Of a stretch of 39,035 nucleotides of DNA, positions 1-9,872 are shown in pieces. The position numbers and the translations under genes were made by a program. The first letter of the stretch is position 1; each line of letters begins with the position of its first letter. The notes under the pieces are model-generated. The model saw only the letters and a program-made list of their open reading frames with translations. It made no database searches and was not told the origin of the DNA. The stretch is from a virus, in UHGV virus genome UHGV-0212837; one strand, written 5' to 3'.

Positions 1-891
1 ATGGGCGTCGTTAAGTTAGCTGATTACAGGCATAACCCTGTACAACATCAGGAGGCATCCAGTATGGGGTATGTCTCTATACACCGCCAGTTTATGGACA
101 GCAGGCTCTATAAGGACTCTCAGGCAGTACATCTTTGGCTTCACTTAATCCTCAAGGCTAATCACGAATCTACTGTCGTCAATACGGATATCGGTCCGAT
201 AACTGTTGATCGCGGTCAGATGATAACTGGACGCCCGTCGCTGGTCAGAGAAACATTCATCCCCGACAACAAAGTTCGGAGCTTATTACGGACTTTTGAG
301 TCGAAAGGGATGCTTGATATTTGCTCGATGGGGAAGAAATTTAGCCTGTTTACAATCGTTAAATATGACGATTTTCAGGCAAAAAATTGTCCAACGGTTG
401 TCCAACGGATGTCCAACGCAAACACCAGTAATGGCGCGGCTCTCAGCGGAGATTGTCCAACGGTTGTCCAACGGTTGTCCATAAACAATAATATAAATAA
501 TATCTCTAATACTGACGTATTAGAGAGTGCCACAGCAGACAAAAAGTCTGACAAGAAAAAACCTTCCGTCAGCTGTCAGGATGTTGTCGATGCTTACCAC
601 GAAATCCTTCCTGAAGCGCCAAGAATCCGCGCACTGAATGACAAGCGTAAAAACCAGATCCGAACGTTCTGGCGCAAAGCCGGAGTGATAACCCGCCAGC
701 TTGACGGGCATGGGTTCACGATGCAGGACTGGAGAAATTATTTGAGCTACGTAGGCGAAAATTGCCGATGGATGTTCGAAGAACGCCCAAACCATCAACG
801 CGGAACCGTCTGGCACAAAAAGGGATTTGATTTCCTGCTTAACGACAATACCTACCTGAAAGTTCGTGAGGGTGAACACGATGACCGATAA
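1..891 (+). CDS. Replication initiator, lambda O / P22 gp18-like (296 aa); ori iterons lie inside the coding sequence
   Basis: ATG at 1 preceded (across the window end) by AGGAG at 39025-39029; N-terminal winged-helix-like domain; in-frame iterons encode repeated CPTVVQR; sits upstream of the helicase as in P22. Confidence 0.7.
   Translation: MGVVKLADYRHNPVQHQEASSMGYVSIHRQFMDSRLYKDSQAVHLWLHLILKANHESTVVNTDIGPITVDRGQMITGRPSLVRETFIPDNKVRSLLRTFESKGMLDICSMGKKFSLFTIVKYDDFQAKNCPTVVQRMSNANTSNGAALSGDCPTVVQRLSINNNINNISNTDVLESATADKKSDKKKPSVSCQDVVDAYHEILPEAPRIRALNDKRKNQIRTFWRKAGVITRQLDGHGFTMQDWRNYLSYVGENCRWMFEERPNHQRGTVWHKKGFDFLLNDNTYLKVREGEHDDR
388..480. repeat. Origin iterons: 5 copies of (T)TGTCCAACGG at about 11-bp spacing (388-418 and 453-474) plus a partial sixth, followed by an AT-rich tract 481-520
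   Basis: Direct repeats read in sequence; arrangement (iterons then AT-rich inside the initiator gene) matches lambda ori organisation. Confidence 0.65.
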
Positions 892-2317
892 TTTTTATGC
901 GCCGCCCCATAGCATCGAGGCAGAGCAGGCGGTTATTGGTGGATTGCTTCTGGATGATGACAGCAGTGAGCGCGTCCGGAAAGTTCTGGCGATGCTGAAG
1001 CCTGATTCATTTTACAGCCGACCACACAAAATCCTTTTCGAAGAAATAACCAGAATGCACCGGGAGCAAAAGCCAGTAGATGGGCTGACGCTTTTCGATG
1101 AACTGGAGCGCAAATCGTTAACGGCGTCTGTTGGCGGTTTTGCTTATATCGCTGAGATCGCAAAGAACACGCCAAGCGCAGCAAACATCGTTGCCTATGC
1201 AATGCAGGTTCGTGAAACCGCAATGGAACGCTACGCCATCAACCGCATGACTGAAGCGACGGAATTGCTCTATTCCCGCAACGGAATGACTGCAACGCAG
1301 AAGTACGAAGCTATTCAGGCGATTTTCACGCAACTGACAGATCATGCAAAAACCGGATCGCGTCGCGGCCTTCGCTCATTTGGTGAGGTCATGGAAGACT
1401 GGGTTAGTGACCTTGAGAAGCGATTTGACCCATCAGGCGAACAACGGGGAATGAGCACAGGGATCCCATCGCTGGACAGGATGCTGTCACCGAAAGGTCT
1501 GGTGAAAGGCTCTCTGTTTGTCATTGGCGCCCGCCCTAAGATGGGGAAAACGACGCTATACAGCCAGATGGCAATCAATTGCGCAGTGCATGAGAAAAAG
1601 CCCGCTCTGATGTTCAGCCTTGAAATGCCAGGTGATCAGATACTGGAAAAACTGGTAGGGCAGAAGTCTGGTGTTAACCCGAATATTTTTTACCTTCCGG
1701 CGACAAATGACGCTGATGACGGCTATCAGGGTGATTACGATGGTGACTTCAACAGGGCGATCGAAACAGCCAATCGCTTGAGTGAAATCGACCTGCTTTA
1801 CATCGACGACACGCCGGGATTATCTCTGGCTCAAATCGTCAGCGAAAGCCGTCGAATCAAGCGAGAAAAAGGATGTGTTGGCATGATTCTGGTCGATTAC
1901 CTGACACTAATGACCGCTGAAAAGGCCGATCGCAACGACCTTGCTTACGGCATGATCACCAAAGGACTGAAGAACCTTGCCAAAGAGCTTGATTGCGTTG
2001 TTGTGCTTCTGACACAGCTTAACCGCGCACTGGAAAGCCGAACCAATAAACGCCCATTACCAAGTGACTCACGAGATACAGGGCAGATTGAACAGGATTG
2101 CGATTATTGGGTGGGGATCCATCGTGAAGGTGCTTTTGATGACAGTGTTCCACCTGGTGAAACCGAACTAATCCTTCGTCTCAATCGTCATGGCAATACC
2201 GGCACGGTGTATTGCATTCAGGCAAATGGCGCTATTTATGACACAGACCAACAGTCCGCTGAAATGCGCCGCCGTGAACGCGAGGAGCCGCAGTCCAAGA
2301 AGAAAGGAGGATTCTGA
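881..2317 (+). CDS. Replicative DNA helicase, DnaB family (P22 gp12-like)
   Basis: Walker A GARPKMGKT, DnaB N-terminal motif PPHSIEAEQAVIGGLLLD; ATG at 881 with GAGGGTG SD; track ORF begins at an upstream GTG (866). Confidence 0.85.
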   Translation: MTDNFYAPPHSIEAEQAVIGGLLLDDDSSERVRKVLAMLKPDSFYSRPHKILFEEITRMHREQKPVDGLTLFDELERKSLTASVGGFAYIAEIAKNTPSAANIVAYAMQVRETAMERYAINRMTEATELLYSRNGMTATQKYEAIQAIFTQLTDHAKTGSRRGLRSFGEVMEDWVSDLEKRFDPSGEQRGMSTGIPSLDRMLSPKGLVKGSLFVIGARPKMGKTTLYSQMAINCAVHEKKPALMFSLEMPGDQILEKLVGQKSGVNPNIFYLPATNDADDGYQGDYDGDFNRAIETANRLSEIDLLYIDDTPGLSLAQIVSESRRIKREKGCVGMILVDYLTLMTAEKADRNDLAYGMITKGLKNLAKELDCVVVLLTQLNRALESRTNKRPLPSDSRDTGQIEQDCDYWVGIHREGAFDDSVPPGETELILRLNRHGNTGTVYCIQANGAIYDTDQQSAEMRRREREEPQSKKKGGF

Positions 2318-2345
2318 TGACCATCTACATCACTGAGCTAATAAC

Positions 2346-2377
2346 AGGCCTGCTGGTAATCGCAGGCCTTTTTATTT
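2346..2377 (+). terminator. Rho-independent terminator after the replication genes (tR2-like)
   Basis: AGGCCTGC-8 nt loop-GCAGGCCT followed by TTTTTATTT. Confidence 0.5.
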
Positions 2378-2392
2378 GGGGGAGAGTAAATC

Positions 2393-2599
2393 GTGGCTGA
2401 GTTAATTTTCTCTGCATTGAGGATTCTCGGTGCTATGTGGATGGTGGCGACGTTCATTGTTGTTGCCAGCAGTTTTGTCCGGTTGGTAGGCGAAGGTAAA
2501 GACCTGGTGGGTGTGCTTTTCGGTAGCATTTTCCTGTGGGTGATTATCGGTGTTATGCCTGTCGCTGTAGCAAAAATGGCGTGGCGTTTTGTGAGTTGA
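2393..2599 (+). CDS. Small membrane protein (68 aa, two predicted TM helices)
   Basis: GTG start with GGAGAG SD 6 nt upstream; hydrophobic segments. Confidence 0.45.
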   Translation: MAELIFSALRILGAMWMVATFIVVASSFVRLVGEGKDLVGVLFGSIFLWVIIGVMPVAVAKMAWRFVS

Positions 2600-2616
2600 A
2601 CTGAGGGTAAGTATCG

Positions 2617-2907
2617 ATGGACGAATCAAGAAAGCAGTTTGAAGAAAGTTGGTTGCGACGTGGGGGCGAATCTTCAGACCTTATCCGTTACCCTGAAAAT
2701 CACCATGAAATTGGCAGCGGTAATATTGGTGGTCAATACGTGATGGACGATGTTCAAGGCCACTGGCAAACGTGGCAGGCATCGCGAGCAGCTATTGAAA
2801 TTGAGTTGCCTGTATGGTTTGTCAGTGATGCTATTGCTGTGTACGACCGTGACGATATCGATGAATCCATCCGCGCCGCTGGAATCAAAGTGAAGGAGTT
2901 AGCATGA
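2617..2907 (+). CDS. Hypothetical acidic protein (96 aa)
   Basis: ORF in operon context; stop overlaps next start. Confidence 0.45.
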   Translation: MDESRKQFEESWLRRGGESSDLIRYPENHHEIGSGNIGGQYVMDDVQGHWQTWQASRAAIEIELPVWFVSDAIAVYDRDDIDESIRAAGIKVKELA

Positions 2908-3089
2908 GTCGACGAAGTAGCTTTTTGGGGTTTGTAATATTCCTGTCCTGCACTGGTTACATCGTAATCTGGTCAATTTTGAACATTGACCGTGGCGGGG
3001 AATATCTCATTGTAATGTTCTTTCCTTTGTTTCTTGGGTGGTACTCCGCAAGGTTGCTGGAAGAATGGGGTTACAGGCATAAAAAATAA
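2904..3089 (+). CDS. Small membrane protein (61 aa)
   Basis: ATGA overlap with upstream ORF; two hydrophobic segments. Confidence 0.4.
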   Translation: MSRRSSFLGFVIFLSCTGYIVIWSILNIDRGGEYLIVMFFPLFLGWYSARLLEEWGYRHKK

Positions 3090-3100
3090 AGGAGTATTCA

Positions 3101-3511
3101 GTGAAGCAAACAATCTTCCTCCGAACTAAGCAACAACAGCAAGCTGCAATAAATGCCATCCTCGCAACACCACTCGATAAAGACAAGCCAATCACCATCC
3201 TCATTACTGACTACAAGCGCAACCTTGACCAGAACGCAAAATTTCACGCGATGCTGGCGGATATCGCACGTCAGGTTCAATGGTGCGATAAATGGTTAAA
3301 ACCAGAACAATGGAAGGTTTTGTTGATCAGCGGTCATGCAGTGGCAACAAAGCAGGAAGCTGATGTTTTGCCCGGGCTTGAAGGCGAATACGTCAACATT
3401 CGCGAAAGTAGCGCGCAGATGAGCGTGAAGCGCATGGCAAGCCTGATTGAGTACACGACAGCATGGGCTATTGGTCAGGGTGTCATATTTACCGACAGGA
3501 GGTACGAATGA
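3101..3511 (+). CDS. ninB: NinB (Orf family recombination mediator)
   Basis: Protein closely resembles recalled lambda NinB; GTG start with AAGGAG SD. Confidence 0.8.
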   Translation: MKQTIFLRTKQQQQAAINAILATPLDKDKPITILITDYKRNLDQNAKFHAMLADIARQVQWCDKWLKPEQWKVLLISGHAVATKQEADVLPGLEGEYVNIRESSAQMSVKRMASLIEYTTAWAIGQGVIFTDRRYE

Positions 3512-3684
3512 GACGACAGCGACGAAGTATCGCCGACATCATCTGCGAAAACTGCAAATACCTTCCAACGAAACGCTCCAGAAATAAACCCAAGCCAATC
3601 CCAAAAGAATCTGACGTAAAAACCTTCAATTACACGGCTCACCTGTGGGATATCAGGTGGCTAAGACATCGTGCGAGGAAATGA
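3508..3684 (+). CDS. NinD/NinE-family small protein (58 aa, CxxC)
   Basis: Internal ATG at 3508 overlapping ninB stop (ATGA); nin-region position. Confidence 0.6.
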   Translation: MRRQRRSIADIICENCKYLPTKRSRNKPKPIPKESDVKTFNYTAHLWDIRWLRHRARK

Positions 3685-3686
3685 CA

Positions 3687-4046
3687 ATGGATTATTCACA
3701 GTTAAGTGATTTTGAAATTAACGTGGCGGTATTCGAAGCCATTCATAACGGATCACCGGATTACAAAGAAGGTGAGAATGGCGCGATGGTGTTTATCTCA
3801 TTTGAGGGAGACATTGTAAACGGAGACGCAGTTGAAGTAGAAGTTGAGCGCGGATCCTTTAACCCATGCGCAAACCCAGCAGACGCATGGCCGATTATTG
3901 AAAAATACAGGATTAGCATTATCAATCTCGATGAAGACGAGTGGGGTGCACGCGGTGTGGCCTACTGTAAATCTAAGCGAGCTATACATGAAAATCCCCT
4001 CCGCGCCGCCATGATTGTCTTTCTCATGATGCAGAGAATCCAATAA
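3687..4046 (+). CDS. NinX-like protein (119 aa)
   Basis: ATG at 3687 with GAGG 8 nt upstream; position in nin cluster; family assignment from memory. Confidence 0.45.
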   Translation: MDYSQLSDFEINVAVFEAIHNGSPDYKEGENGAMVFISFEGDIVNGDAVEVEVERGSFNPCANPADAWPIIEKYRISIINLDEDEWGARGVAYCKSKRAIHENPLRAAMIVFLMMQRIQ

Positions 4047-4222
4047 TGCTTAGCCCATCCCAATCCCTTCAATACCAGAAAGAAAGCGTCGAGCGAGCTT
4101 TAACGTGCGCTAACTGCGGTCAAAAGCTGCATGTGCTGGAAGTTCACGTGTGTGAGCACTGCTGCGCAGAACTGATGAGCGATCCGAATAGCTCAATGTA
4201 CGAGGAAGAAGACGATGAGTGA
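4046..4222 (+). CDS. ninF: NinF (58 aa), absent from the ORF track because it is under 60 aa
   Basis: Translation [58 protein letters not shown]; TAATG overlap with upstream gene. Confidence 0.65.
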   Translation: MLSPSQSLQYQKESVERALTCANCGQKLHVLEVHVCEHCCAELMSDPNSSMYEEEDDE

Positions 4223-4484
4223 TTTCTCTGAGCTTATTTCCTTCAAAAAAGACAGAGAAGAAATGCGGACTGAATCTGTCTATTACGTTCAACACCGGAA
4301 TAAACGCTCGGTGCTTGATCAGGAGTTGATTATTACCGGAGACCTGGCATTCAGAACATATAAGGCCAGCATGGAAATGAAGGATTTCCCTAAATGTGGT
4401 TCTGAAAGAGAAGCCGCGTTAAAGCTGGCTGAGTGGATGCAGAGAATGGCTGCTGCAATTGAGAATTACTGGAGCGAACCATAA
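4215..4484 (+). CDS. Nin-region hypothetical protein (NinY-like position, 89 aa)
   Basis: ORF overlapping ninF end and ninG start. Confidence 0.5.
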   Translation: MSDFSELISFKKDREEMRTESVYYVQHRNKRSVLDQELIITGDLAFRTYKASMEMKDFPKCGSEREAALKLAEWMQRMAAAIENYWSEP

Positions 4485-5095
4485 TGGCTAAACCAGCGCG
4501 AAGACGATGTAAAAACGATGAATGTCGGGAATGGTTTCACCCTGCATTCGCTAATCAGTGGTGGTGCTCTCCAGAGTGTGGAACCAAGATAGCACTCGAA
4601 CGACGAAGTAAAGAACGCGAAAAAGCGGAAAAAGCAGCAGAGAAGAAACGACGACGAGAGGATCAGAGACAGAAAGATAAACTTAAGATTCGAAAACTCG
4701 CCTTAAAGCCCCGCAGTTACTGGATTAAACAAGCCCAACAAGCCGTAAACGCCTTCATCAGAGAAAGAGACCGCGACTTACCATGTATCTCGTGCGGAAC
4801 GCTCACGTCTGCTCAGTGGGATGCCGGACATTACCGGACAACTGCTGCGGCACCTCAACTCCGATTTGATGAACGCAATATTCACAAGCAATGCGTGGTG
4901 TGCAACCAGCACAAAAGCGGAAATCTCGTTCCGTATCGCGTCGAACTGATTAATCGCATCGGGCAGGAAGCAGTAGACGAAATCGAATCAAACCATAGCC
5001 GCCATCGCTGGACTGTCGAAGAGTGCAGGTCCATCAAGGCGGAGTATCAGCAGAAACTCAAAGACCTGCGAAATAGCAGAAGTGAGGCCGCATGA
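4484..5095 (+). CDS. ninG: NinG / Rap recombination-promoting nuclease
   Basis: Cys-rich N-terminus and basic stretch typical of lambda NinG; 203 aa. Confidence 0.85.
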   Translation: MAKPARRRCKNDECREWFHPAFANQWWCSPECGTKIALERRSKEREKAEKAAEKKRRREDQRQKDKLKIRKLALKPRSYWIKQAQQAVNAFIRERDRDLPCISCGTLTSAQWDAGHYRTTAAAPQLRFDERNIHKQCVVCNQHKSGNLVPYRVELINRIGQEAVDEIESNHSRHRWTVEECRSIKAEYQQKLKDLRNSRSEAA

Positions 5096-5298
5096 CGTTC
5101 TCAGTAAAAACCATTCCAGACATGCTTGTTGAAGCATACGGAAACCAGACAGAAGTAGCACGCAGACTGAAATGTAGTCGCGGTACGGTCAGAAAATACG
5201 TTGATGATAAAGACGGGAAAATGCACGCCATCGTCAACGACGTTCTTATGGTTCATCGCGGATGGAGTGAAAGAGATGCGCTATTACGAAAGAATTGA
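5092..5298 (+). CDS. ninH: NinH
   Basis: [26 protein letters not shown]... matches recalled lambda NinH; ATGA overlap. Confidence 0.8.
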   Translation: MTFSVKTIPDMLVEAYGNQTEVARRLKCSRGTVRKYVDDKDGKMHAIVNDVLMVHRGWSERDALLRKN

Positions 5299-5941
5299 TG
5301 GCAGCAAATACCGAAATATTTGGGTAGTTGGCGATCTGCACGGATGCTACACGAACCTGATGAAAAAACTGGAGACGATAGGATTCGACACCAAAAAAGA
5401 CCTGCTTATCTCGGTTGGCGATTTGGTCGATCGCGGTACAGAGAACGTCGAATGTCTGGAATTAATCACATTCCCCTGGTTCCGAGCTGTACGTGGAAAC
5501 CATGAGCAAATGATGATTGATGGCTTATCAGAGCGCGGAAACGTCAATCACTGGATGCTTAATGGCGGTGGCTGGTTCTTTAATCTCGATTACGACAAAG
5601 AAATTCTGGCTAAAGCTCTTGCCCATAAAGCAGATGAACTTCCGTTAATCATCGAACTGGTGAGCAAAGATAAAAAATATGTCATCTGCCACGCCGATTA
5701 TCCTTGTGACGAATACGAGTTTGGAAAGCCAGTTGATCATCAGCAGGTAATCTGGAACCGCGAACGAATCAGCAACTCACAAGACGGGATCGTGAAAGAA
5801 ATCAAAGGCGCGGACACGTTCATCTTTGGTCATACGCCAGCAGTGAAACCACTCAAGTTTGCCAACCAGATGTATATCGATACCGGCGCAGTGTTCTGCG
5901 GAAACCTCACATTGATTCAGGTACAGGGAGAAGGCGCATGA
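5276..5941 (+). CDS. ninI: NinI Ser/Thr protein phosphatase (lambda PPase-like)
   Basis: GDLHG, GDLVDRG, GNHE metallophosphatase motifs; start at internal ATG 5276 (MRYYERIDG). Confidence 0.85.
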   Translation: MRYYERIDGSKYRNIWVVGDLHGCYTNLMKKLETIGFDTKKDLLISVGDLVDRGTENVECLELITFPWFRAVRGNHEQMMIDGLSERGNVNHWMLNGGGWFFNLDYDKEILAKALAHKADELPLIIELVSKDKKYVICHADYPCDEYEFGKPVDHQQVIWNRERISNSQDGIVKEIKGADTFIFGHTPAVKPLKFANQMYIDTGAVFCGNLTLIQVQGEGA

Positions 5942-6561
5942 GACTCGAAAGCGTAGCTAAATTTCATTCGCCAAAAAGCCCGATGATGAGCGACTCACCA
6001 CGGGCTACGGCTTCTGACTCTCTTTCCGGTACTGATGTGATGGCTGCTATGGGGATGGCGCAATCACAAGCCGGATTCGGAATGGCTGCATTCTGCGGTA
6101 AGCATGAACTCAGCCAGAACGACAAACAAAAGGCTATCAACTATCTGATGCAATTTGCACACAAGGTATCGGGGAAATACCGTGGCGTTGCAAAGCTTGA
6201 AGGAAATACTAAGGCAAAGGTACTGCAAGTGCTCGCAACATTCGCTTATGCGGATTATTGCCGTAGTGCCGCGACGCCTGGCGCAAGATGCAGAGATTGT
6301 CACGGTACAGGCCGTGCGGTTGATATAGCAAAAACAGAGCAGTGGGGGAGAGTTGTTGAGAAAGAGTGCGGAAGATGCAAAGGCGTCGGCTATTCAAGGA
6401 TGCCAGCAAGCGCAGCATATCGCGCTGTGACGATGCTAATCCCAAACCTTACCCAACCCACCTGGTCACGCACTGTTAAGCCGCTGTATGACGCTCTGGT
6501 GGTGCAATGCCACAAAGAAGAGTCAATCGCAGATAATATTTTGAACGCGGTCACACGTTAG
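5938..6561 (+). CDS. Q: Late antiterminator Q
   Basis: 207 aa, essentially identical to recalled lambda Q. Confidence 0.95.
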   Translation: MRLESVAKFHSPKSPMMSDSPRATASDSLSGTDVMAAMGMAQSQAGFGMAAFCGKHELSQNDKQKAINYLMQFAHKVSGKYRGVAKLEGNTKAKVLQVLATFAYADYCRSAATPGARCRDCHGTGRAVDIAKTEQWGRVVEKECGRCKGVGYSRMPASAAYRAVTMLIPNLTQPTWSRTVKPLYDALVVQCHKEESIADNILNAVTR

Positions 6562-6603
6562 CAGCATGATTGCCACGGATGGCAACATATTAACGGCATG
6601 ATA

Positions 6604-6632
6604 TTGACTTATTGAATAAAGTTGGGTAAATT
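6604..6632 (+). promoter_or_regulatory. Late promoter pR' (-35 TTGACT 6604-6609, -10 TAAATT 6627-6632) with overlapping Q-utilisation region
   Basis: Hexamers with 17-bp spacer immediately downstream of Q, as in lambda. Confidence 0.6.
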
Positions 6633-6639
6633 TGACCCA

Positions 6640-6831
6640 ACGATGGGTTAATTCGCTCGTTGTGGTAGTGAGATAAAAAGAGGCGGCGATTACTACCGAT
6701 TCCGCCTAGTTGGTCACTTCGACGTATCGTCTGGAACTCCAACCATCGCAGGCTGAGAGGTCTGCAAAATGCAATCCCGAAACAGTTCGCAGGTAATAGT
6801 TAGAGCCTGCATAACGGTTTCGGGATTTTTT
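6640..6831 (+). ncRNA. Short pR' leader transcript (lambda 6S RNA analogue) ending at tR'
   Basis: Inferred from pR' start about 6640 and tR' hairpin; not a bacterial SsrS. Confidence 0.4.
6776..6831 (+). terminator. tR' terminator
   Basis: CCCGAAAC...GTTTCGGG stem followed by ATTTTTTAT. Confidence 0.6.
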
Positions 6832-7274
6832 ATATCTGTGCAACAGGTAAGAGCATTCTCCCTTATGGGGCTTGGCTTAAATGCACCGAGTGCTCTTATC
6901 GTTGTGGTGAAGCTCAATGGCGAGCTAGCAGATAGGCGACAGTGAAAATACTAGTCATGTAGCTGACCGCCGCGCGTACTGCAATCGGCAGCGCACCGAT
7001 GGAAGCCGGTTCGATTCCGGCCGCCACAACCCAAACTGAGCCGTAGCCACTGGCTATCCTGAATTCATCAGTGATAGTTACGCTGCGGCCTTCTACACAT
7101 GACCTTCGTGAAAGCGGGTGGCATGAGGTTGCGCTAACAACCTCCTGCCGTTTTGCCCGTGCATATCGGTCACGAACAAATCTGATTACTAAACACAGTA
7201 GCCTGGATTTGTTCTATCAGTAATCGACCTTATTCCTAATTAAATAGAGCAAATCCCCTTATTGGGGGTAAGAC

Positions 7275-7598
7275 ATGAAGATGCCAGAAAAACATGACCT
7301 GTTAGCCGCCATTCTCGCGGCAAAGGAACAAGGCATCGGGGCAATCCTTGCGTTTGCAATGGCGTACCTTCGCGGCAGATATAATGGCGGTGCGTTTACA
7401 AAAACAGTAATCGACGCAACGATGTGCGCCATTATCGCCTGGTTCATTCGTGACCTTCTCGACTTCGCCGGACTAAGTAGCAATCTTGCTTATATAACGA
7501 GCGTGTTCATCGGCTACATCGGTACTGACTCGATTGGTTCGCTTATCAAACGCTTCGCTGCTAAAAAAGCCGGAGTAGAAGATGGTGGAAATCAATAA
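7275..7598 (+). CDS. S: Holin S (S107/S105 dual-start MKM motif)
   Basis: 107 aa, near-identical to recalled lambda S. Confidence 0.95.
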   Translation: MKMPEKHDLLAAILAAKEQGIGAILAFAMAYLRGRYNGGAFTKTVIDATMCAIIAWFIRDLLDFAGLSSNLAYITSVFIGYIGTDSIGSLIKRFAAKKAGVEDGGNQ

Positions 7599-8058
7599 TC
7601 AACGTAAGGCGTTCCTCGATATGCTGGCGTGGTCAGAGGGAACTGATAACGGACGTCAGAAAACCAGAAATCATGGTTATGACGTCATTGTTGGCGGAGA
7701 GCTATTCACTGATTACTCCGATCACCCCCGCAAAATTGTCACGCTAAACCCAAAACTCAAATCAACTGCAGCCGGACGCTACCAGCTTCTTTCCCGTTGG
7801 TGGGATACCTACCGCAAGCAGCTTGGCCTGAAAGACTTCTCTCCGAAAAGCCAGGATGCTGTGGCACTGCAGCAGATTAAGGAACGTGGCGCTTTGCCGA
7901 TGATTGATCGCGGTGATATTCGTCAGGCAATTGACCGTTGCAGCAATATCTGGGCTTCACTGCCGGGCGCTGGTTATGGTCAGTTCGAGCATAAGGCTGA
8001 CAGCCTGATTGCAAAATTCAAAGAAGCAGGCGGAACGGTCAGAGAGATTGAGGTATGA
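7582..8058 (+). CDS. R: Endolysin R (lytic transglycosylase)
   Basis: 158 aa, near-identical to recalled lambda R. Confidence 0.95.
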   Translation: MVEINNQRKAFLDMLAWSEGTDNGRQKTRNHGYDVIVGGELFTDYSDHPRKIVTLNPKLKSTAAGRYQLLSRWWDTYRKQLGLKDFSPKSQDAVALQQIKERGALPMIDRGDIRQAIDRCSNIWASLPGAGYGQFEHKADSLIAKFKEAGGTVREIEV

Positions 8059-8513
8059 GCAGAGTAACCGCGATTATTTCCGCTCTGGTTATCTGCATCA
8101 TCGTCTGTCTGTCATGGGCTGTTAATCATTACCGTGATAACGCCATTACCTACAAAGCCCAGCGCGACAAAAATGTCAGAGAACTGAAGCTGGCGAACGC
8201 GGCAATTACTGACATGCAGAAGCGTCAACGTGATGTAGCAGAACTCGACGCCAGATACACAAAGGAGCTTGCTGATGCTAACGCGACTATCGAAAGTCTC
8301 CGTGCTGATGTTTCTGCTGGTCGTAAGCGCCTGCAAGTCTCCGCCACCTGTGCAAAGTCAACGACCGGAGCCAGCAGCATGGGCGATGGAGAAAGCCCAA
8401 GACTTACAGCAGATGCTGAACTCAATTATTACCGTCTCCGAAGTGGAATCGACAGGATAACCTCGCAGGTTAACTACCTGCAGGAATACATCAGGACGCA
8501 ATGCCTTCGATGA
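8055..8513 (+). CDS. Rz: Spanin inner-membrane subunit Rz (mosaic: lambda-like N-terminus, divergent C-terminus)
   Basis: N-terminal TM segment; first ~75 aa lambda-like, remainder diverges. Confidence 0.85.
   Translation: MSRVTAIISALVICIIVCLSWAVNHYRDNAITYKAQRDKNVRELKLANAAITDMQKRQRDVAELDARYTKELADANATIESLRADVSAGRKRLQVSATCAKSTTGASSMGDGESPRLTADAELNYYRLRSGIDRITSQVNYLQEYIRTQCLR
8269..8460 (+). CDS. Rz1: Spanin outer-membrane lipoprotein Rz1, embedded in the +1 frame of Rz
   Basis: Signal peptide with lipobox LVVSAC, proline-rich mature region; start may be an internal ATG. Confidence 0.6.
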   Translation: MLMLTRLSKVSVLMFLLVVSACKSPPPVQSQRPEPAAWAMEKAQDLQQMLNSIITVSEVESTG

Positions 8514-8685
8514 TAGCGATAATTTTACTCATCATCCTTCACATCTGGCTCTGTAGACAGGGTGGTGATCACTTCTGGGGTGAATCCAGATTAAACATCT
8601 CATTGCTGATGCTTGATATTGAGCATCTGGCGCGCGGTAAGGGGCTGCGTTGAGATAAGAGCCAGTCATTCAAATACCAGGATTT

Positions 8686-8710
8686 AGCCTCGCATTTGCG
8701 GGGCTTTTTT
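8686..8710 (+). terminator. Rho-independent terminator downstream of the lysis cassette
   Basis: AGCCTCGC-ATTT-GCGGGGCT (8 bp stem, one G-U) followed by TTTTTT. Confidence 0.6.
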
Positions 8711-8857
8711 ACATCTGCAGTAAACCGCGCATCGCAGCGCGTAACAATCCCGAGTCTTTCAGAAAGCTGAGCCTGAGAACTGCCGTATATGGTGGCGACC
8801 ATCTCGGGGCGGCTTTTCTGTGCGAACAGGCTCATCTTTCTAAAAGGTAAAGACGCA

Positions 8858-9400
8858 ATGAACTACCCAACCGTTGTTAACGATATAGATTTCAGAGACC
8901 TAATTTTTGTAGCAAACAACGATCCGGTTACAGATTCTTTTATGGTGGCAAAAGCATTTGGAAAGCTGCCGAAGAACGTGGTTCGTGACATTGAACGAAC
9001 CATAGAAGCTTGCCCTCCTGAGTTTGATGCAAAGCTCAACTTTGAGCTTTGCTATAAAAACAATGAGTTACAGAATGGTAAGCCGCAAAAATTCTACCGT
9101 CTCCGCAAGGATGGGTTGATGCTTTTGGTTATGTCCTACACCAAAAAAGAAGCAATGCGTATCAAAATTGCTTACATCAACGCATTTAACTGGATGTACG
9201 CGATGCTTCAGGTTGGTCATCGTCAATTTGAAGAAGAGAGAAATGCCGTAATGCTGGAGTACATGAAAGAGAAGGATGTTGCCAGCATGTCAGGTCGCCT
9301 GCTTAATCGCTGGGGAAAAATTAAGAAGCCTCAGCTACTGGCGAGAATTGAACGCCTTGAACAGCACGGGCAAACCGTAATCCCCGGACTCACTAATTAA
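8858..9400 (+). CDS. rha: Rha-family phage regulatory protein (P22 orf201-like)
   Basis: Internal ATG at 8858 with AAGG SD; N-terminal Rha-like motif; position between lysis and packaging as in P22. Confidence 0.6.
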   Translation: MNYPTVVNDIDFRDLIFVANNDPVTDSFMVAKAFGKLPKNVVRDIERTIEACPPEFDAKLNFELCYKNNELQNGKPQKFYRLRKDGLMLLVMSYTKKEAMRIKIAYINAFNWMYAMLQVGHRQFEEERNAVMLEYMKEKDVASMSGRLLNRWGKIKKPQLLARIERLEQHGQTVIPGLTN

Positions 9401-9628
9401 CGGCAGTACAGCGAAACAACCCAAGCCAGTAAGTGGGGAAAATAACACTGGCAGCCACTGAAAGATGAACCTCCTGCCTTATGGCAAAAAAGATTCTTTG
9501 TGGTGGCGGACTGATGGAAAGACATCGGTTATTGCAGAGACCATTCAATGAGTGGTCTCGACAATGGCTTATACCCTACACGGGATAACTTAACTGATAT
9601 CCCTTTTAACGGATAAACGGAGCCAACA

Positions 9629-9871
9629 ATGGCAGAGATTATTCCCATGACTGAAGAACAGAAATTCCAGTTAGAGATTTACAAACTGGTCATGAACCAG
9701 AACGCAGCCGCAGAAGAAGCATTTCAGTTCATTGGTACTGACGAACTGAAGCTTGAGCTATTCAAAATTCACTTCCAGTCAGGCGGCGCTAATTCGGATA
9801 TCACGACCCGCACTATCGAAGCGGTGCGTAAATCGAAGGAAGCGTTAGACCTGTTCACCGCTGGAGTGTGA
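9629..9871 (+). CDS. Hypothetical protein (80 aa, P22 orf80-like position)
   Basis: ATG with GGAG SD; size and position. Confidence 0.5.
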   Translation: MAEIIPMTEEQKFQLEIYKLVMNQNAAAEEAFQFIGTDELKLELFKIHFQSGGANSDITTRTIEAVRKSKEALDLFTAGV

Positions 9872-9872
9872 T

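Noticed and set aside
388-480. CRISPR-like array suggested by regularly spaced TGTCCAACGG repeats
   Set aside because: Repeats are 10-11 bp with no spacers and lie in-frame within the replication initiator gene; they are origin iterons.
6960-7035. Possible intact tRNA gene ending near 7030
   Set aside because: Only a T-arm-like stem-loop is present; no complementary acceptor 5' strand, D-arm or anticodon arm could be folded within 70-95 nt upstream. Kept as a low-interest finding, not a feature.
8569-8835. 88-aa minus-strand ORF between Rz and rha
   Set aside because: Low-complexity, protein-unlike composition; spans a plus-strand terminator and the rha upstream region; no RBS seen.
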